Source of the DNA: Vulcanimicrobiota bacterium
GTDB lineage: Bacteria > Vulcanimicrobiota > Vulcanimicrobiia > Eremiobacterales > Eremiobacteraceae
Length of the DNA: 64,000 nt
Direction: 5' to 3'
Assembly (NCBI GenBank): GCA_963812135.1
Contig: CAWETU010000001.1
Location: forward strand, 1,120,001 to 1,184,000
A model generated the notes under the pieces. That model was not told the DNA's origin, did no database searches, and saw only the letters and a list, made by a program, of their open reading frames with translations. Shown in pieces: positions 48,494-59,287 of this stretch (position 1 is its first letter; each line of letters starts with the position of its first letter). A program made the translations under genes and the position numbers.

Positions 48494-50076
48494 ATGAAGC
48501 CTTCACCCGTTGTCGAGCAGTCGGTACCGCAACAGCCCGCGCAGGAAACCGTCGTCATCCTCGACTTTGGCGCGCAATACAGCCAGCTCATCGCCAGGCG
48601 CGTGCGCGAAGAGCACGTCTACTCCGAGGTCCTGCCCTACGATACGCCATGGCCGGAAGTCGAAAAGCGGAATCCGAGCGCGTTCATCCTCACTGGCGGG
48701 CCTGAGAGCGTGGTGGCGCCGGATGCGCCGCACCTGCCGCCGCAGTTGCTGGAAGCCGGCAAACCGATACTCGGCATCTGTTACGGGTTGCAAGACCTCG
48801 TACGCGCGCTCGGCGGCACGGTCGTTCCCGGTGAGACCCGCGAATTCGGCAAAGCCGAGCTGGTCGTCGACGCCGTGCATTCACCGCTGCTCGACGGACT
48901 GCCGACCCACTCGCAAGCGTGGATGAGCCACGGCGATACCGTGACCGAACTCCCTGCGGGGTTCCACTCGCTGGCGCACACCGGCAGCATGCGCTCAAGC
49001 TGCCGTCGGCGATCCGAGCAAGCGGTGGTATGGGGTCCAGTTCCATCCTGAAGTCAAGCACACCGAAGCATGGCAAGCGCGTCTTGCACAATTTCTTGCG
49101 CAACGTGGCGGGCATCTCCGAAAAGTGGGAGATGTCATCGTTCATCGAGCGCAGCGTCGAGCAGATCCGTGCCCAGGTCGGCGACGCGAAGGCGGTCTGC
49201 GGCCTTTCAGGCGGCGTGGACAGCGCGGTCGCGGCCACGCTGGTCGCGCGGGCGATCGGCGATCGCCTGACCTGTATCTTCGTCGATCACGGCTTGCTGC
49301 GCCAGGATGAGGCTGCCCAAGTCGTCGAGGCGTTCCGCGAGGTGCTGCATCTGAATCTCGTGCACGTCGATGCGAGCGATCGGTTCCTCACCGCGCTCGC
49401 CGGCGTCAGCGACCCCGAGGAGAAGCGCCGGATCATCGGCCGCGAGTTCATCGCAGTGTTCGAAGAAGAAGCGCAAAAAATCGCAGGCGTCGAGTTCCTG
49501 GTCCAGGGAACGCTCTATCCGGACGTCATCGAAAGCAAGACGCCGCAGAGCAAAGCCGGCGCTAAGATCAAGACGCATCACAACGTCGGCGGCCTGCCGG
49601 CCACGATGGCGCTCGGTCTGGTCGAGCCCTTGCGATCGCTGTTCAAAGATGAAGTGCGCGAGCTCGGCCGCGAGCTCGGATTGCCCGAACCCATCGTCAA
49701 TCGGCAGCCGTTCCCCGGTCCGGGTTTAGCGGTGCGTGTGTTGGGCGCCGTTACGAAAGACCGGCTGGACATCTTGCGCCGCGCGGATGCGATCGCGCGT
49801 GAAGAGATCGAAAAAGAGCCAGAGCATCCGTGGCAATACTTCGCGGTGCTCACGCCGCTGCAAAGCGTCGGCGTGATGGGCGACGGCCGGACTTACGCCA
49901 ATATCGTGGCCATCCGCGCCGTGACGAGCGACGACGGCATGACCGCCGATTGGGCGCGCCTGGCGCCCGACACGCTGGCGCGCATCGCAACGCGGATCGT
50001 CAACGAAGTGCCGGGCGTGAACCGCATCGTCTACGACATCACGAGCAAGCCGCCCGCGACCATTGAGTGGGAGTGA
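48494..50076 (+). CDS. guaA: GMP synthase; two single-base insertions near 48985 and 49066 (probable errors)
   Basis: LDFGAQY.QLIARR, GICYG, MSHGD | YGVQFHPEV (middle frame) | [34 protein letters not shown]. Confidence 0.94.
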
Positions 50077-51725
50077 CTTCCAGGTCCACGGGCGTCGCTC
50101 TCGCGGTGATCATGCTTGCATCGCTTGTCGCACCAGGCTGCACGAAGATATCGAACCAGACCGGTATCGGCAAGACCAATCCCTGGACGACGCCGGGCGT
50201 TCTGCGGGTCGGCATCCGCCAGGAGCCTGACAACCTCAATCCCGTGTTGAGCTCGCAGTCGATCGGGCTGGACATCGCGATGTTCTGGGCGGGTTTCTTG
50301 CTCGACTACGATGATAAAGGCCGGTTTGTGCCCGATGTCGCGGTCGCACTGCCGACCGTAGAAAACGGCGGGATCAGCAAAGACGGCCGAACGATCACGT
50401 ATCATTTGCGGACCGGCGTCACGTGGCAGGACGGCGCGCCGTTCAGCGCAGACGACGTGATATTCACCTGGCGCGCCATCATGAATCCGCGCAATGAGGT
50501 GCCGAACCGCATCGGCTTCGAAGAGATCACGTCCATCACAAAGATCGATGCGCGCACGATCGCAGTGCACTTGAGACGCCCGTACGCGCCGTTCATCGCC
50601 GATTTCTTCACGCCCGCCGGAATCAACAACTTCGTCATCTTGCCGAGCCACTTGCTTGCGCGCTATCCGGACATCAATCGCACGCCGTTCAACCGGTTGC
50701 CAGTCGGCCTCGGCCCGTACCGCGTGGAGCACTACGATCCTGACAGTCTCATCCACTTGGTTGCGAATCCGAAATACTGGCGCGGCGTGCCCGGTTTGCG
50801 AGAGATCGACATCCACATCGTCCCTAACGACAACACGCTCGCGACCATGATCCGCAGCCATGAGATCGACCTCTACTATCGCGTGCCGCACAAGATCAGC
50901 CGAGAACTGCAAGGGCTGCAGGGCACGGCGATCGTCAGCGCCTGGTTCACTCGTTACACCGACATCGGCTTCAACACGACGAGCCCGATCTTGTCGGACG
51001 TCCGCGTACGTCGAGCGCTTGCATACGCGACCGACAAAACGGCGATCATCCAAAAAGTGACCTTTGGCGCGGACGTGCCGGCCGACAGCGACCAGCCGTC
51101 TTCGTTGTGGGCGCACAGCGCGTCCGTGCCGATCTATCACTACGATCCCGCGCGGGCAGCGACGCTGCTCGAATCCGCGGGCTGGCGTGTCGGACCAGAT
51201 GGCGTTCGTGAGAAGGCCGGTATGCGTCTGCAGATCGGGCTCGCGGGCGTGGCGGGCGACTCGGTCTCCACGGCGACGCGCGAGGTGTTACAGGACCAAT
51301 GGCGTCAGGTGGGCGTGGATGCGCAGATCAAATCCTATCCGTCAAGCGTGCTCTTCGCGCCGTCAAGCGCCGGAGGCATCGAACGGGCCGGACGCTTCGA
51401 TGCGGTCATGCACAGCTGGGCGAATGGCGCTGATCCGGACGATTCGGACCTCTTCGAATGCCGTTGGATAGCGCCCGCCGGCGACAACGTCTACCGTTTT
51501 TGCGATCCGGCCGTTGATGCCGCAGAGCACGCCGCGCTCGCCAGCAATGACATCGCCGTCAGAAAAGCCGCCTATGTGCGGATCCAGGACATCGTGGCGA
51601 CGCAGGTGCCACTGCTCATGCTGTGGTTCGATCGCTATGATTACGCGGTGAACTCAGATTTGCGAGGCTTCACGCCCGCGCACGTCGGCTCTCCGTTTTG
51701 GAACACCTGGCAGTGGCAGATCTAA
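50073..51725 (+). CDS. Peptide/nickel (family 5) ABC substrate-binding lipoprotein
   Basis: Lipobox-like APGC; EPDNLNP, TYHLR.GV.WQDG.PFSADDV.FTW, PVG.GPY, VRRAL. Confidence 0.88.
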   Translation: MTSRSTGVALAVIMLASLVAPGCTKISNQTGIGKTNPWTTPGVLRVGIRQEPDNLNPVLSSQSIGLDIAMFWAGFLLDYDDKGRFVPDVAVALPTVENGGISKDGRTITYHLRTGVTWQDGAPFSADDVIFTWRAIMNPRNEVPNRIGFEEITSITKIDARTIAVHLRRPYAPFIADFFTPAGINNFVILPSHLLARYPDINRTPFNRLPVGLGPYRVEHYDPDSLIHLVANPKYWRGVPGLREIDIHIVPNDNTLATMIRSHEIDLYYRVPHKISRELQGLQGTAIVSAWFTRYTDIGFNTTSPILSDVRVRRALAYATDKTAIIQKVTFGADVPADSDQPSSLWAHSASVPIYHYDPARAATLLESAGWRVGPDGVREKAGMRLQIGLAGVAGDSVSTATREVLQDQWRQVGVDAQIKSYPSSVLFAPSSAGGIERAGRFDAVMHSWANGADPDDSDLFECRWIAPAGDNVYRFCDPAVDAAEHAALASNDIAVRKAAYVRIQDIVATQVPLLMLWFDRYDYAVNSDLRGFTPAHVGSPFWNTWQWQI

Positions 51726-51744
51726 GCGCGCTTCGCGGGTTCCG

Positions 51745-52323
51745 CTAAGCTGACTTCCCGCTGTTCGCCGATTCTTGCTGATCGATCGCGAGCCAGCGAT
51801 CGGGCGGCGCGATGCGGGGCAAGTTCTTCGGGTAGACGCTCTGGTTGCGCTTGAGGTAGCGCACGCTCAAGAGGGCGAGGTATTCGAAGTTCTCAAGGAG
51901 TTCGGGCCCGCGCGAACGCCGCATTACGACAATGGTGTCGGCCATGTTGTCCCACACGCCTTGGATGACGGGTGCCCACAGGTCGCAGACCATGTCGGCA
52001 TCAAGTATGCCGCGATTGACGTAGAATCCGAACAACTCGTAGAGACGCCCGACGCGATGAATCGGGTAGAACTCCTCCGGCAACGCGTCGCTTTCGAGCA
52101 AGGCGCGGAACTCGCGATCGCCGACCTTGGACGGCAGCGCGTAGATGAACTCCATTGCCGCGCGGAATTCTGGATCTTCCGTCGCGATGCGAAAGTCATT
52201 GAGGATCGCGATTTGGTTGCTCGAGCGCAGATGGTAGAGCTGGATGACGGCGGCGATCGCGGTCGCGGTGATCACGACGAACGTGCCAACGGAGGCGATC
52301 GTGCTCCAAAGCTCGAGGCTCAT
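51745..52323 (-). CDS. Hypothetical protein with N-terminal TM helix (DUF4760-like)
   Basis: WST..S..TF.VI.ATAIAA..QL; YE..G..V..G..D; ENFEYL. Confidence 0.65.
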   Translation of the reverse strand: MSLELWSTIASVGTFVVITATAIAAVIQLYHLRSSNQIAILNDFRIATEDPEFRAAMEFIYALPSKVGDREFRALLESDALPEEFYPIHRVGRLYELFGFYVNRGILDADMVCDLWAPVIQGVWDNMADTIVVMRRSRGPELLENFEYLALLSVRYLKRNQSVYPKNLPRIAPPDRWLAIDQQESANSGKSA

Positions 52324-52361
52324 GAGAGGTCAGTTCGCGCCGCAGCCATAACCGCCTCGTC

Positions 52362-53643
52362 GTGAACGTTCTTGTCGTTGGATCGGGCGCGCGCGAGCAC
52401 GCGCTCGCGTGGAAGATTGCCAAAGCGCCGCAGGTGAGCGAGCTGCACGCTGCGCCCGGCAACGCCGGCACGGCGCAGCTCGGCACGAACTGGTCCGAGA
52501 TCTCGGCCACCGATACCCACGGAATCGTCGCGCGCGCAAAAGAGTCGCAAATCGGTCTCGCGGTCATCGGCCCCGAAGCAGCGCTTGCCGCCGGGCGTCG
52601 CGGACGCGTTGCGGACGGCGGGCATCCCGGCGTTCGGGCCGGGCCGCGCCGGGGCGCGGCTCGAGTCGAGCAAAGCGTTCGCCAAGCAGTGGATGACGCG
52701 TTTCGGCATCCCGACCGCCGCGTTCAAAGTCGCGCACGATCGCAAGCAAGCGCTGCGCGCGCTCAACGATTGGAAAGGCGGGGTCGTCCTCAAAGCGGAC
52801 GGGCTCGCCGCCGGCAAGGGCGTCATCGTGGTCGACTCGCCGGACGCCGCGCGGCCGGTCATCGAGCAGTGGTACGATACCCGGTCGCTGCCCGGCGGCG
52901 GCACGACGCTCGTGCTCGAGGAGCGGCTTGAGGGCAAGGAAGTCTCGGTGATGGCCGTGACCAACGGAACGCAGCTCCATGTTCTCGCCCCGGCGTGCGA
53001 CTACAAGCGCGCGCTCGACGGCGACGAAGGGCCGAACACCGGGGGCATGGGGGCCTACTCACCCGCCGCGGACGTGGTCGACGACGCGATGAACGCCCGT
53101 ATCAACCGGGACGTCATCGAGCGGGTGCGCCAAGGAATGGCACGCGACGGCATGGACTATCGCGGTTGCATCTACGCCGGCTTGATGATCACCAAACGCG
53201 GTCCGTACGTGCTCGAATTCAACGCCCGTTTCGGCGATCCGGAAACGCAAGTGGTCCTTCCGCGCCTCGAATCCGACCTCTTCGAACTCCTTAACGCGGT
53301 CGCGAACGGGACCGACGTGCCGGCGCCGGCGTTCTCACGTGACGCGTGCGTCGGCGTGGTGATGGTCAGCGAGCGCTACCCGGAGCGCTCCGAACCTGTG
53401 GATAACCTGCCAGTGCCGCCGGAGATGGACGACATCGCCTGGTTTTGGGGAGGGTCGACGCTCGCGGATGGGAAGGTCCGCGCCGCCGGCGGGCGCGTGC
53501 TCACGGCCACCGCGCGCGGTGCAAGCATCGCGCAGGCGCGCGAGCGGGCGTACGCAGCTTGCTCGGCATACGCCGCGCTCTCGCCGCCGACCGCTCGACT
53601 GCGCTATCGCAGCGACATCGCGCAACGAGCCGCCGACGGGTGA
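52362..53643 (+). CDS. purD: Phosphoribosylamine-glycine ligase; extra G near 52593-52595 (probable error)
   Basis: VLVVGSGAREHAL, APGNAG, IGPE..L..G | FGP..A.LESSK, KADGLAAGKGV, GPNTGGMGAY, EFNARFGDPE, GGRVL. Confidence 0.94.
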
Positions 53644-53675
53644 GGGTGCAACGGGGTGCAGCAATTGGCGCGCTA

Positions 53676-53691
53676 TGGTAAAATGAAGGCA
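53676..53691 (+). promoter_or_regulatory. Extended -10 promoter placing +1 on the purF ATG (leaderless)
   Basis: TGgTAAAAT-gaaggc-ATG. Confidence 0.55.
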
Positions 53692-55154
53692 TGAAGCGCA
53701 CCGTCCCGCCGTTCAAATCGCCTTACGACGGCTGGCAGGCGAAGGCCGGCGACGATGCCATCCGCGACGCCTGCGGCGTTTGCGGGATATTCGCACCGGG
53801 CGAGGACGTCGCCCGGTCTACGTTTTTCGCGCTCTACTCGCTGCAACATCGCGGCCAAGAAAGCGCCGGCATCGCGGTCTCCGATGGTCAGACCCTGCGC
53901 TGCCACAAAGACATGGGACTCATCTCGCAGATCTTCACCGAGGAGATGCTCGAGTCGCTGCCCGGCCATCTGTCGGTCGGGCACACGCGTTATTCCACCA
54001 CCGGCTCATCCATCGTGTACAACGCGCAGCCGCTGCTCACGCACACCGAGATCGGCCAGTTCGCGCTCGCGCACAACGGCAATCTCGTCAACACCGAAGC
54101 GCTGCGGGAGGAGCTCCAAGACACGCTCGTGCCGACCTCGAACTCGGACTCTGAAGTCATGGCGCGCCTCATCTCGTCGGCGGCCCATGGCTCCATGGAA
54201 GAGCGCATCGAAGCCGCCATGAAGCGCTGCATCGGCGCGTTCTCGATCGTGCTCGCCACCGAGACCCAGCTGTTCGGATTCCGCGATCCGTGGGGCGTTC
54301 GCCCGCTGTGCATCGGGCGCTACGGCAGCGGCTACGTGCTCGCGTCCGAGTCGTGCGCGCTGCTGACGATCGGCGCGGAGTACATACGCGAAGTCAAGCC
54401 TGGCGAGATCGCGATCATCGATAAGGATGGCCTGCGCAGCCGCATGCTCGAGACGGACATCAAGTCCGCGAACTGCATCTTCGAGTACATCTATTTCTCG
54501 CGTCCAGACAGCCAGGTCGCCGGCCGCGAGCTGTACTTGGCGCGCTATCAGATGGGGCGCAACATCGCCAAAGAAGCGCCGGTCGAAGCCGACGTCGTCA
54601 TGGGCGTGCCCGACAGCGCCACCGCCGCGGCCATCGGCTACTCCGACGAGTCCGGCATCCCGTACATCGAAGGGCTGATGAAGAACCGTTACATCGGGCG
54701 CACCTTCATCAATCCCGACCACCGCATGCGCGTGCAAGGCGTGAAGCTCAAATTCAATCCGTTGCACGCGAATCTCGCCGGCAAGCGCGTGATCCTCATC
54801 GACGACTCGATCGTGCGCGGTACCACGACCAAGCAACTCGTCGCGCTCTTGCGCAAGGCCGGCGCGAAAGAAGTGCACGTCCGCGTGACCTGTCCGCCGA
54901 TGCGCCATCCGTGCTTCCTCGGCGTGGATACCGCGACGTACGAGGAACTGATCGCCGCGAACCTGAGCGTGCCGGAGATCCAACAGGCCATCAACGCGGA
55001 TTCGCTCGCGTATCTCAGCGAGGAAGGCCTCGTCGCCTCGACGGCGCGCGAACGCAAAGAGTTCTGCATGGGGTGCTTCACCGGCCGCTATCCCGAGGGC
55101 ATCCACGAAGAGCTGACCGGCCGCGTGCGCGAGCCCGAAAAGGTCAAGGCCTGA
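53691..55154 (+). CDS. purF: Amidophosphoribosyltransferase with N-terminal propeptide
   Basis: ACGVCG, LQHRGQESAG, GHTRYST, HNGNL, CIFEYIYF.RPDS, DDSIVRGTT, C..CF.G.YP. Confidence 0.96.
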   Translation: MKRTVPPFKSPYDGWQAKAGDDAIRDACGVCGIFAPGEDVARSTFFALYSLQHRGQESAGIAVSDGQTLRCHKDMGLISQIFTEEMLESLPGHLSVGHTRYSTTGSSIVYNAQPLLTHTEIGQFALAHNGNLVNTEALREELQDTLVPTSNSDSEVMARLISSAAHGSMEERIEAAMKRCIGAFSIVLATETQLFGFRDPWGVRPLCIGRYGSGYVLASESCALLTIGAEYIREVKPGEIAIIDKDGLRSRMLETDIKSANCIFEYIYFSRPDSQVAGRELYLARYQMGRNIAKEAPVEADVVMGVPDSATAAAIGYSDESGIPYIEGLMKNRYIGRTFINPDHRMRVQGVKLKFNPLHANLAGKRVILIDDSIVRGTTTKQLVALLRKAGAKEVHVRVTCPPMRHPCFLGVDTATYEELIAANLSVPEIQQAINADSLAYLSEEGLVASTARERKEFCMGCFTGRYPEGIHEELTGRVREPEKVKA

Positions 55155-55840
55155 AGCAGGGTCAGGAGGCCCAAGGCGCGGCCGCCGTAGGGCACCTTGA
55201 CGATGCTCCGCCGCGGGCATACCGGTATCTCTTCTTCGCGCTTCTTGGGTTGACGATGAGCGCCGGCCTGGAAGCCGGCAACCCATACCACCGACTGGTG
55301 ATGCTAGCGCTGTCGTTGATAGTGTTCAGCATTGCCGTGTGGGCGATGTGGTTGCGACCGATCGTGCGCTACCTCGCCCTTTTCCTCGCGGTCCTTTCGA
55401 TTGCCGCGATTGGGATCGATGCCTTTGCACCCGACCAGCCCGCGTTGCGGGCGCTGCTGACGTCCAGTTCGGCTTTTTTCGCGCTCACGATCTACCGGGT
55501 ATTGCGTCGCGTGCTCAACGTCTCAACCGTGACGCAGGAGTCGCTCTTCGGCGCCGGATCAGTCTATCTGTTGATCGGCCTGGCTTTCTCAACGATCTAT
55601 TACGTCGTCTGGAAAGCGGTGCCCACCGCATTTCTTTTCGATCCGGCGCGCACAACTGCGACGCATGGCTGGCCGGACTTCGTCTATTTCAGCTTCACGA
55701 CGCTGGCGACGGTCGGATTCGGCGACATCGTGCCGGTCATGCCGATCGTGCGGTCCCTTGTCGTATTGGAGATCATAACCGGAGTGTTCTTCGTCGCGGT
55801 GATCATCTCGAAGTTGGTAAGTCTGTATCGAATGAAGTAG
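55151..55840 (+). CDS. Potassium channel family membrane protein; start uncertain (CTG 55151 or TTG/ATG near 55250-55256)
   Basis: YFSFTTLATVGFGDI selectivity-filter motif; about 6 TM segments. Confidence 0.8.
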   Translation: MKQGQEAQGAAAVGHLDDAPPRAYRYLFFALLGLTMSAGLEAGNPYHRLVMLALSLIVFSIAVWAMWLRPIVRYLALFLAVLSIAAIGIDAFAPDQPALRALLTSSSAFFALTIYRVLRRVLNVSTVTQESLFGAGSVYLLIGLAFSTIYYVVWKAVPTAFLFDPARTTATHGWPDFVYFSFTTLATVGFGDIVPVMPIVRSLVVLEIITGVFFVAVIISKLVSLYRMK

Positions 55841-55851
55841 GCGAAAAAATA

Positions 55852-58800
55852 TCACCCGCGCGGCGGCGGGCCCTGGCCCTGGTCTTGTGGTCGCACCAAG
55901 TACAACCCGAGCGATGGGCTGTAGTTCAATGATGGGGGCCGTGCGAAATCCAGTTTCTTCGCTTTGATCTCATCGGGCGTACCGGTCGACACGTGACCGC
56001 AGTTCAACACCGCGGGGAAGCGTGAGATGTCGGCGAGTTGCAGCTCGACCCAATAGGTGCCACCGCTCTTGTGCGGCGTCGCGGTCCAACCGTCTGGCGC
56101 TGCGGCCGGCGGACTGTTCGGATCGAAGCTGGCGAAGTACGTCTGCAACGCGCTGAGCAAGGCGACGGCCGTCGGCTTGACCTCGTCGGTGCACGCGGTG
56201 CCGCCCGAAAGCGCGAACGGCTGGGCGGGCGGCGCCGTCGGCAGCTTGTACAGACGGAAATTCTCGCGTCCTGCCACTTGCGGCTGGCGCACGAGATACA
56301 AGCCCGCCTCAGGCGCATACGCGAGTGGGAATCGGTTGAAAGCGCTCGTCGGCGGGATATACAGGTTCAGCGATTTGGCGTCGTCTGCTGAGCCGATGTG
56401 GATCGGCGCGCATGAGACGAAGGCGCGGATCGAACCGGCTTTTGTCTGCGTGAACGTGAGCGCGTACGAGGCCGCCGTCTTGTGATACGCGACGTTGATA
56501 CCGTCGATCGCCGGCGCGCCCGCGGGCGCAGCGTCCGGGTAGCCGCTCGCGGTCTTGGCCGCCTCGACTGCAGCGACGTACGCCTTGATCTGGTCGAGCA
56601 CCGGTTTCACGCTCTTGGCGTTGTCGGAGGTGCAGGACTGGCGCGTCGTGTCGGGATCGAGCGGGTTCGCGGGCGATGCGTTGGAGAGCGCCGGCAACGA
56701 GGCGAGGAATCCGCCCGCGCCTCCCGGTCCCTGACCGCCGCCACGCGGACCGCCGCCGCCCGGACCCTGGCTAGTCTGCGCTAGCAACGTCGGCGTCAGA
56801 TTGCTTTGCGGCACGTTGCCGAGCTTTACTGTGTAGGTCACCGAGAGCTGGCGCGGTGAGAGCGGGCGCGCGACCGTCGGCACGAGCGAGCCGCCCGCAG
56901 TCTCCAACGGCACCGAGTTCGCAGGCGAGGCGAAGTCGTAGCCATATTTATTGAAGATGTTCGTCATGGCGACCGTGACCGTGCCCTTGGTCATGGTCAT
57001 CGCCACGCCCGCATCCGCGGTGACATAGCCCGGCAGATTGTTGGCGTTGTTGGCCGAGACAAAATTGCCGTTGAGCAGACCTTCGACCGCGGAGTGCGGC
57101 GCCTTGTAGTCCAGCGTCAATCCGCCGCGGTGCATCGGGATGTTCGGGACCTGGACGCCCGAGATGACGAGCGAATACGGATTGTCGATGCGCGGATCGG
57201 TCGAGTTCGCAATGGTCTCTGTGATGTTGTAGTATGGCTCGGCGACCAGGTTCTGGCCGATTCGAAAACCGCCCGTGAACTGTGCGCCTTGATAGACTCG
57301 CCGGACGTTCGCCACTGGCTGGGTGATATAGAGGTTGGTAGGCCCGAACGGCAACGCGACGCCGCAACCCGAAGTCGATTGGTAGATCGCTTGCGCGAGC
57401 GGGAAATAGCCCGGCGGGAAGTAGGCGGGCGGTAGCACCGACCCATTGACGAGCGTGTTCAAAAGGACGTCGTTTTGCAGTTGCTGATACAGCGTGATCG
57501 ACAGCTGGCCCGTCTTGATACGCCGCTGGTATGTCAGGCGATACGACGTCGAGCTGGTGGGTCCGGGTTGATCGCCTGGCCCTGCGCCGTAGCCGGCGCC
57601 GGCGTTGCAATCGAAGCGCAGCGAGGCGGGGTCAGTCAGCGGCACCGCGCGGGATAGGCCAGCGCCGGCGCCGCCTATGTCGACCGAACCGACGTATGTG
57701 TCGTACGATGTCGGCGTCCATGTCGCGCTGGCACCGCCGATGATCGAGTTCGAAGTCTGCGGCGAGAAGCTCATGCCCAATCGCGCGCCGAGCGTGAGCT
57801 TCGGGCTCGAATTGATCTTATCGCTCAGCTGCACGGTGCTGTAGTCGGAGAAGCTCGACGCGTTCGAAAACGGCGACGACGATGAGAGGACGCCGGCTGT
57901 GTCGATGGACGCGTGGGTCGTCGTCGCTTGGATCGACAGCGTGTGGCGCTCTCGCGACGGCAGCATGGCGTTGAGCGATGCACCGCGCGAGCGGCTATCC
58001 GTCACCGTGCCGAACGGCGCGGGGATGCCTGCGACAAATCGGTTCAACAGATCGCGGTTATACGTCGAATCGGTTCCGAACAGAGAGAACTGCAAACCGA
58101 CCGAGCCGAGCAGCGCGGTGTCGGTGAGGGTTGCCAGCGTCAAGTGCCGGTCGCTGAAGTTGCCTGGACCATAGCCGCACGGCACGGGCCCGGTGAAACG
58201 AGTGCACAACAGGTCGTCGTATCCGTTGGTGCTCACATACGTCGCGGAGATCGTCTGCGCGGCACCGAGCGGCGCGCGCAGCTTGAGCAGTGTGCCGCCG
58301 GTTTGCGAAGCACCGTTGTGGAGATAGTCCAGACCGCTCGCGTCCAAATACGTCTGGTCGTTGAGCGGACTGTACGCGCCGCGCGACGCTTGCGTCAAAG
58401 CGACGCCGACCCTGCCCGCCGTTCCCGAGAGCGAAAAGATGCCCGCGAGGTTGCCGTACGTGCCGACCGACGTCGTCAGCTTGCCCTGCCAGGTCAGCGT
58501 CGGCTCAACCGAGCGGAACCCGACGCTGCCGCCGAGCGACCCGGCGCTTGGGCCGAAGTTGACGCTCGCGCTGCTGAACAGATCCGTATTGATGGAACGC
58601 AGATCGCCCGCGACGCCGGGCGCGTTGAGCGGCACGCCGTCCAGCGTCAGCCCGGTCTGCGACGGATCGTGCCCTTCCAACGACACCGTCACCTGTGCGT
58701 CGGACGAGCCGTTCGGGTCGGAGCTGATCGTGACGCCGGAGAGTTTGCCGAGCGCGTCCGTCAGCGTGTCGGAGAGCTTGCGCACGGCGCTGTTCTCGTT

Positions 58801-59214
58801 CACGGTGTTGGAGCTGACGACCGCGGTAGAGCGCACCGTGACCGTGCCGAGCGACCGGACCGCGGGTTTGACGAGCGCCACCGACACGGTGACACCGCCG
58901 CCCTCGAGCACTTCGAATTGCGCCGACGTGACCGGATTATAGCCGCTCTTCACCACGCGCGCGCGATAAATGCCGCTCGGCACGTCCGTGAACACGACTT
59001 TGCCGTCCGGCGACGACAGTTCGCTTGTGATGACCGGGCCGTCAAGGAGCACGCGCGCAAGGCCGAGCGGCGTCTGCGTGGCATTGTCGACGACGGTGAT
59101 CGTGATGGTGCCGGTCTGGTCAGCCGCGGCTGGCGCGCACGCGCCCATATAGATGAAGGACGCGAGCACGGCGGCAACGACGCCAAGAGAGGATCGGGGG
59201 ACGCGCGGACCCAT
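55852..59214 (-). CDS. TonB-dependent-receptor-like outer-membrane protein with N-terminal carboxypeptidase-regulatory-like domain and duplicated C-terminal domain
   Basis: Signal peptide; G.I...V.D..T..PL..A.V; plug DAL..L.GV, VSL.G..P..T...LDG.PL, LGG.V.FR; barrel strands ending PRQ.SVTY. Confidence 0.72.
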   Translation of the reverse strand: MGPRVPRSSLGVVAAVLASFIYMGACAPAAADQTGTITITVVDNATQTPLGLARVLLDGPVITSELSSPDGKVVFTDVPSGIYRARVVKSGYNPVTSAQFEVLEGGGVTVSVALVKPAVRSLGTVTVRSTAVVSSNTVNENSAVRKLSDTLTDALGKLSGVTISSDPNGSSDAQVTVSLEGHDPSQTGLTLDGVPLNAPGVAGDLRSINTDLFSSASVNFGPSAGSLGGSVGFRSVEPTLTWQGKLTTSVGTYGNLAGIFSLSGTAGRVGVALTQASRGAYSPLNDQTYLDASGLDYLHNGASQTGGTLLKLRAPLGAAQTISATYVSTNGYDDLLCTRFTGPVPCGYGPGNFSDRHLTLATLTDTALLGSVGLQFSLFGTDSTYNRDLLNRFVAGIPAPFGTVTDSRSRGASLNAMLPSRERHTLSIQATTTHASIDTAGVLSSSSPFSNASSFSDYSTVQLSDKINSSPKLTLGARLGMSFSPQTSNSIIGGASATWTPTSYDTYVGSVDIGGAGAGLSRAVPLTDPASLRFDCNAGAGYGAGPGDQPGPTSSTSYRLTYQRRIKTGQLSITLYQQLQNDVLLNTLVNGSVLPPAYFPPGYFPLAQAIYQSTSGCGVALPFGPTNLYITQPVANVRRVYQGAQFTGGFRIGQNLVAEPYYNITETIANSTDPRIDNPYSLVISGVQVPNIPMHRGGLTLDYKAPHSAVEGLLNGNFVSANNANNLPGYVTADAGVAMTMTKGTVTVAMTNIFNKYGYDFASPANSVPLETAGGSLVPTVARPLSPRQLSVTYTVKLGNVPQSNLTPTLLAQTSQGPGGGGPRGGGQGPGGAGGFLASLPALSNASPANPLDPDTTRQSCTSDNAKSVKPVLDQIKAYVAAVEAAKTASGYPDAAPAGAPAIDGINVAYHKTAASYALTFTQTKAGSIRAFVSCAPIHIGSADDAKSLNLYIPPTSAFNRFPLAYAPEAGLYLVRQPQVAGRENFRLYKLPTAPPAQPFALSGGTACTDEVKPTAVALLSALQTYFASFDPNSPPAAAPDGWTATPHKSGGTYWVELQLADISRFPAVLNCGHVSTGTPDEIKAKKLDFARPPSLNYSPSLGLYLVRPQDQGQGPPPRG

Positions 59215-59227
59215 GCCCCGGATTTTA
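59214..59227 (-). promoter_or_regulatory. -10 hexamer 7 nt before the ATG (possible leaderless transcript)
   Basis: Minus strand TAAAAT-ccggggc-ATG, no SD. Confidence 0.45.
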
Positions 59228-59287
59228 CCCTACGATGCTGAGCGCATCTTGAGCTTCCGGGCGAAACTCGGGCGTTCTACAGCTGTT

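Noticed and set aside
48985..49070. Programmed frameshifting or pseudogenisation of guaA (likewise ribH, purL, purD)
   Set aside because: No slippery sites, no other decay, all +1 insertions; sequencing error is more parsimonious
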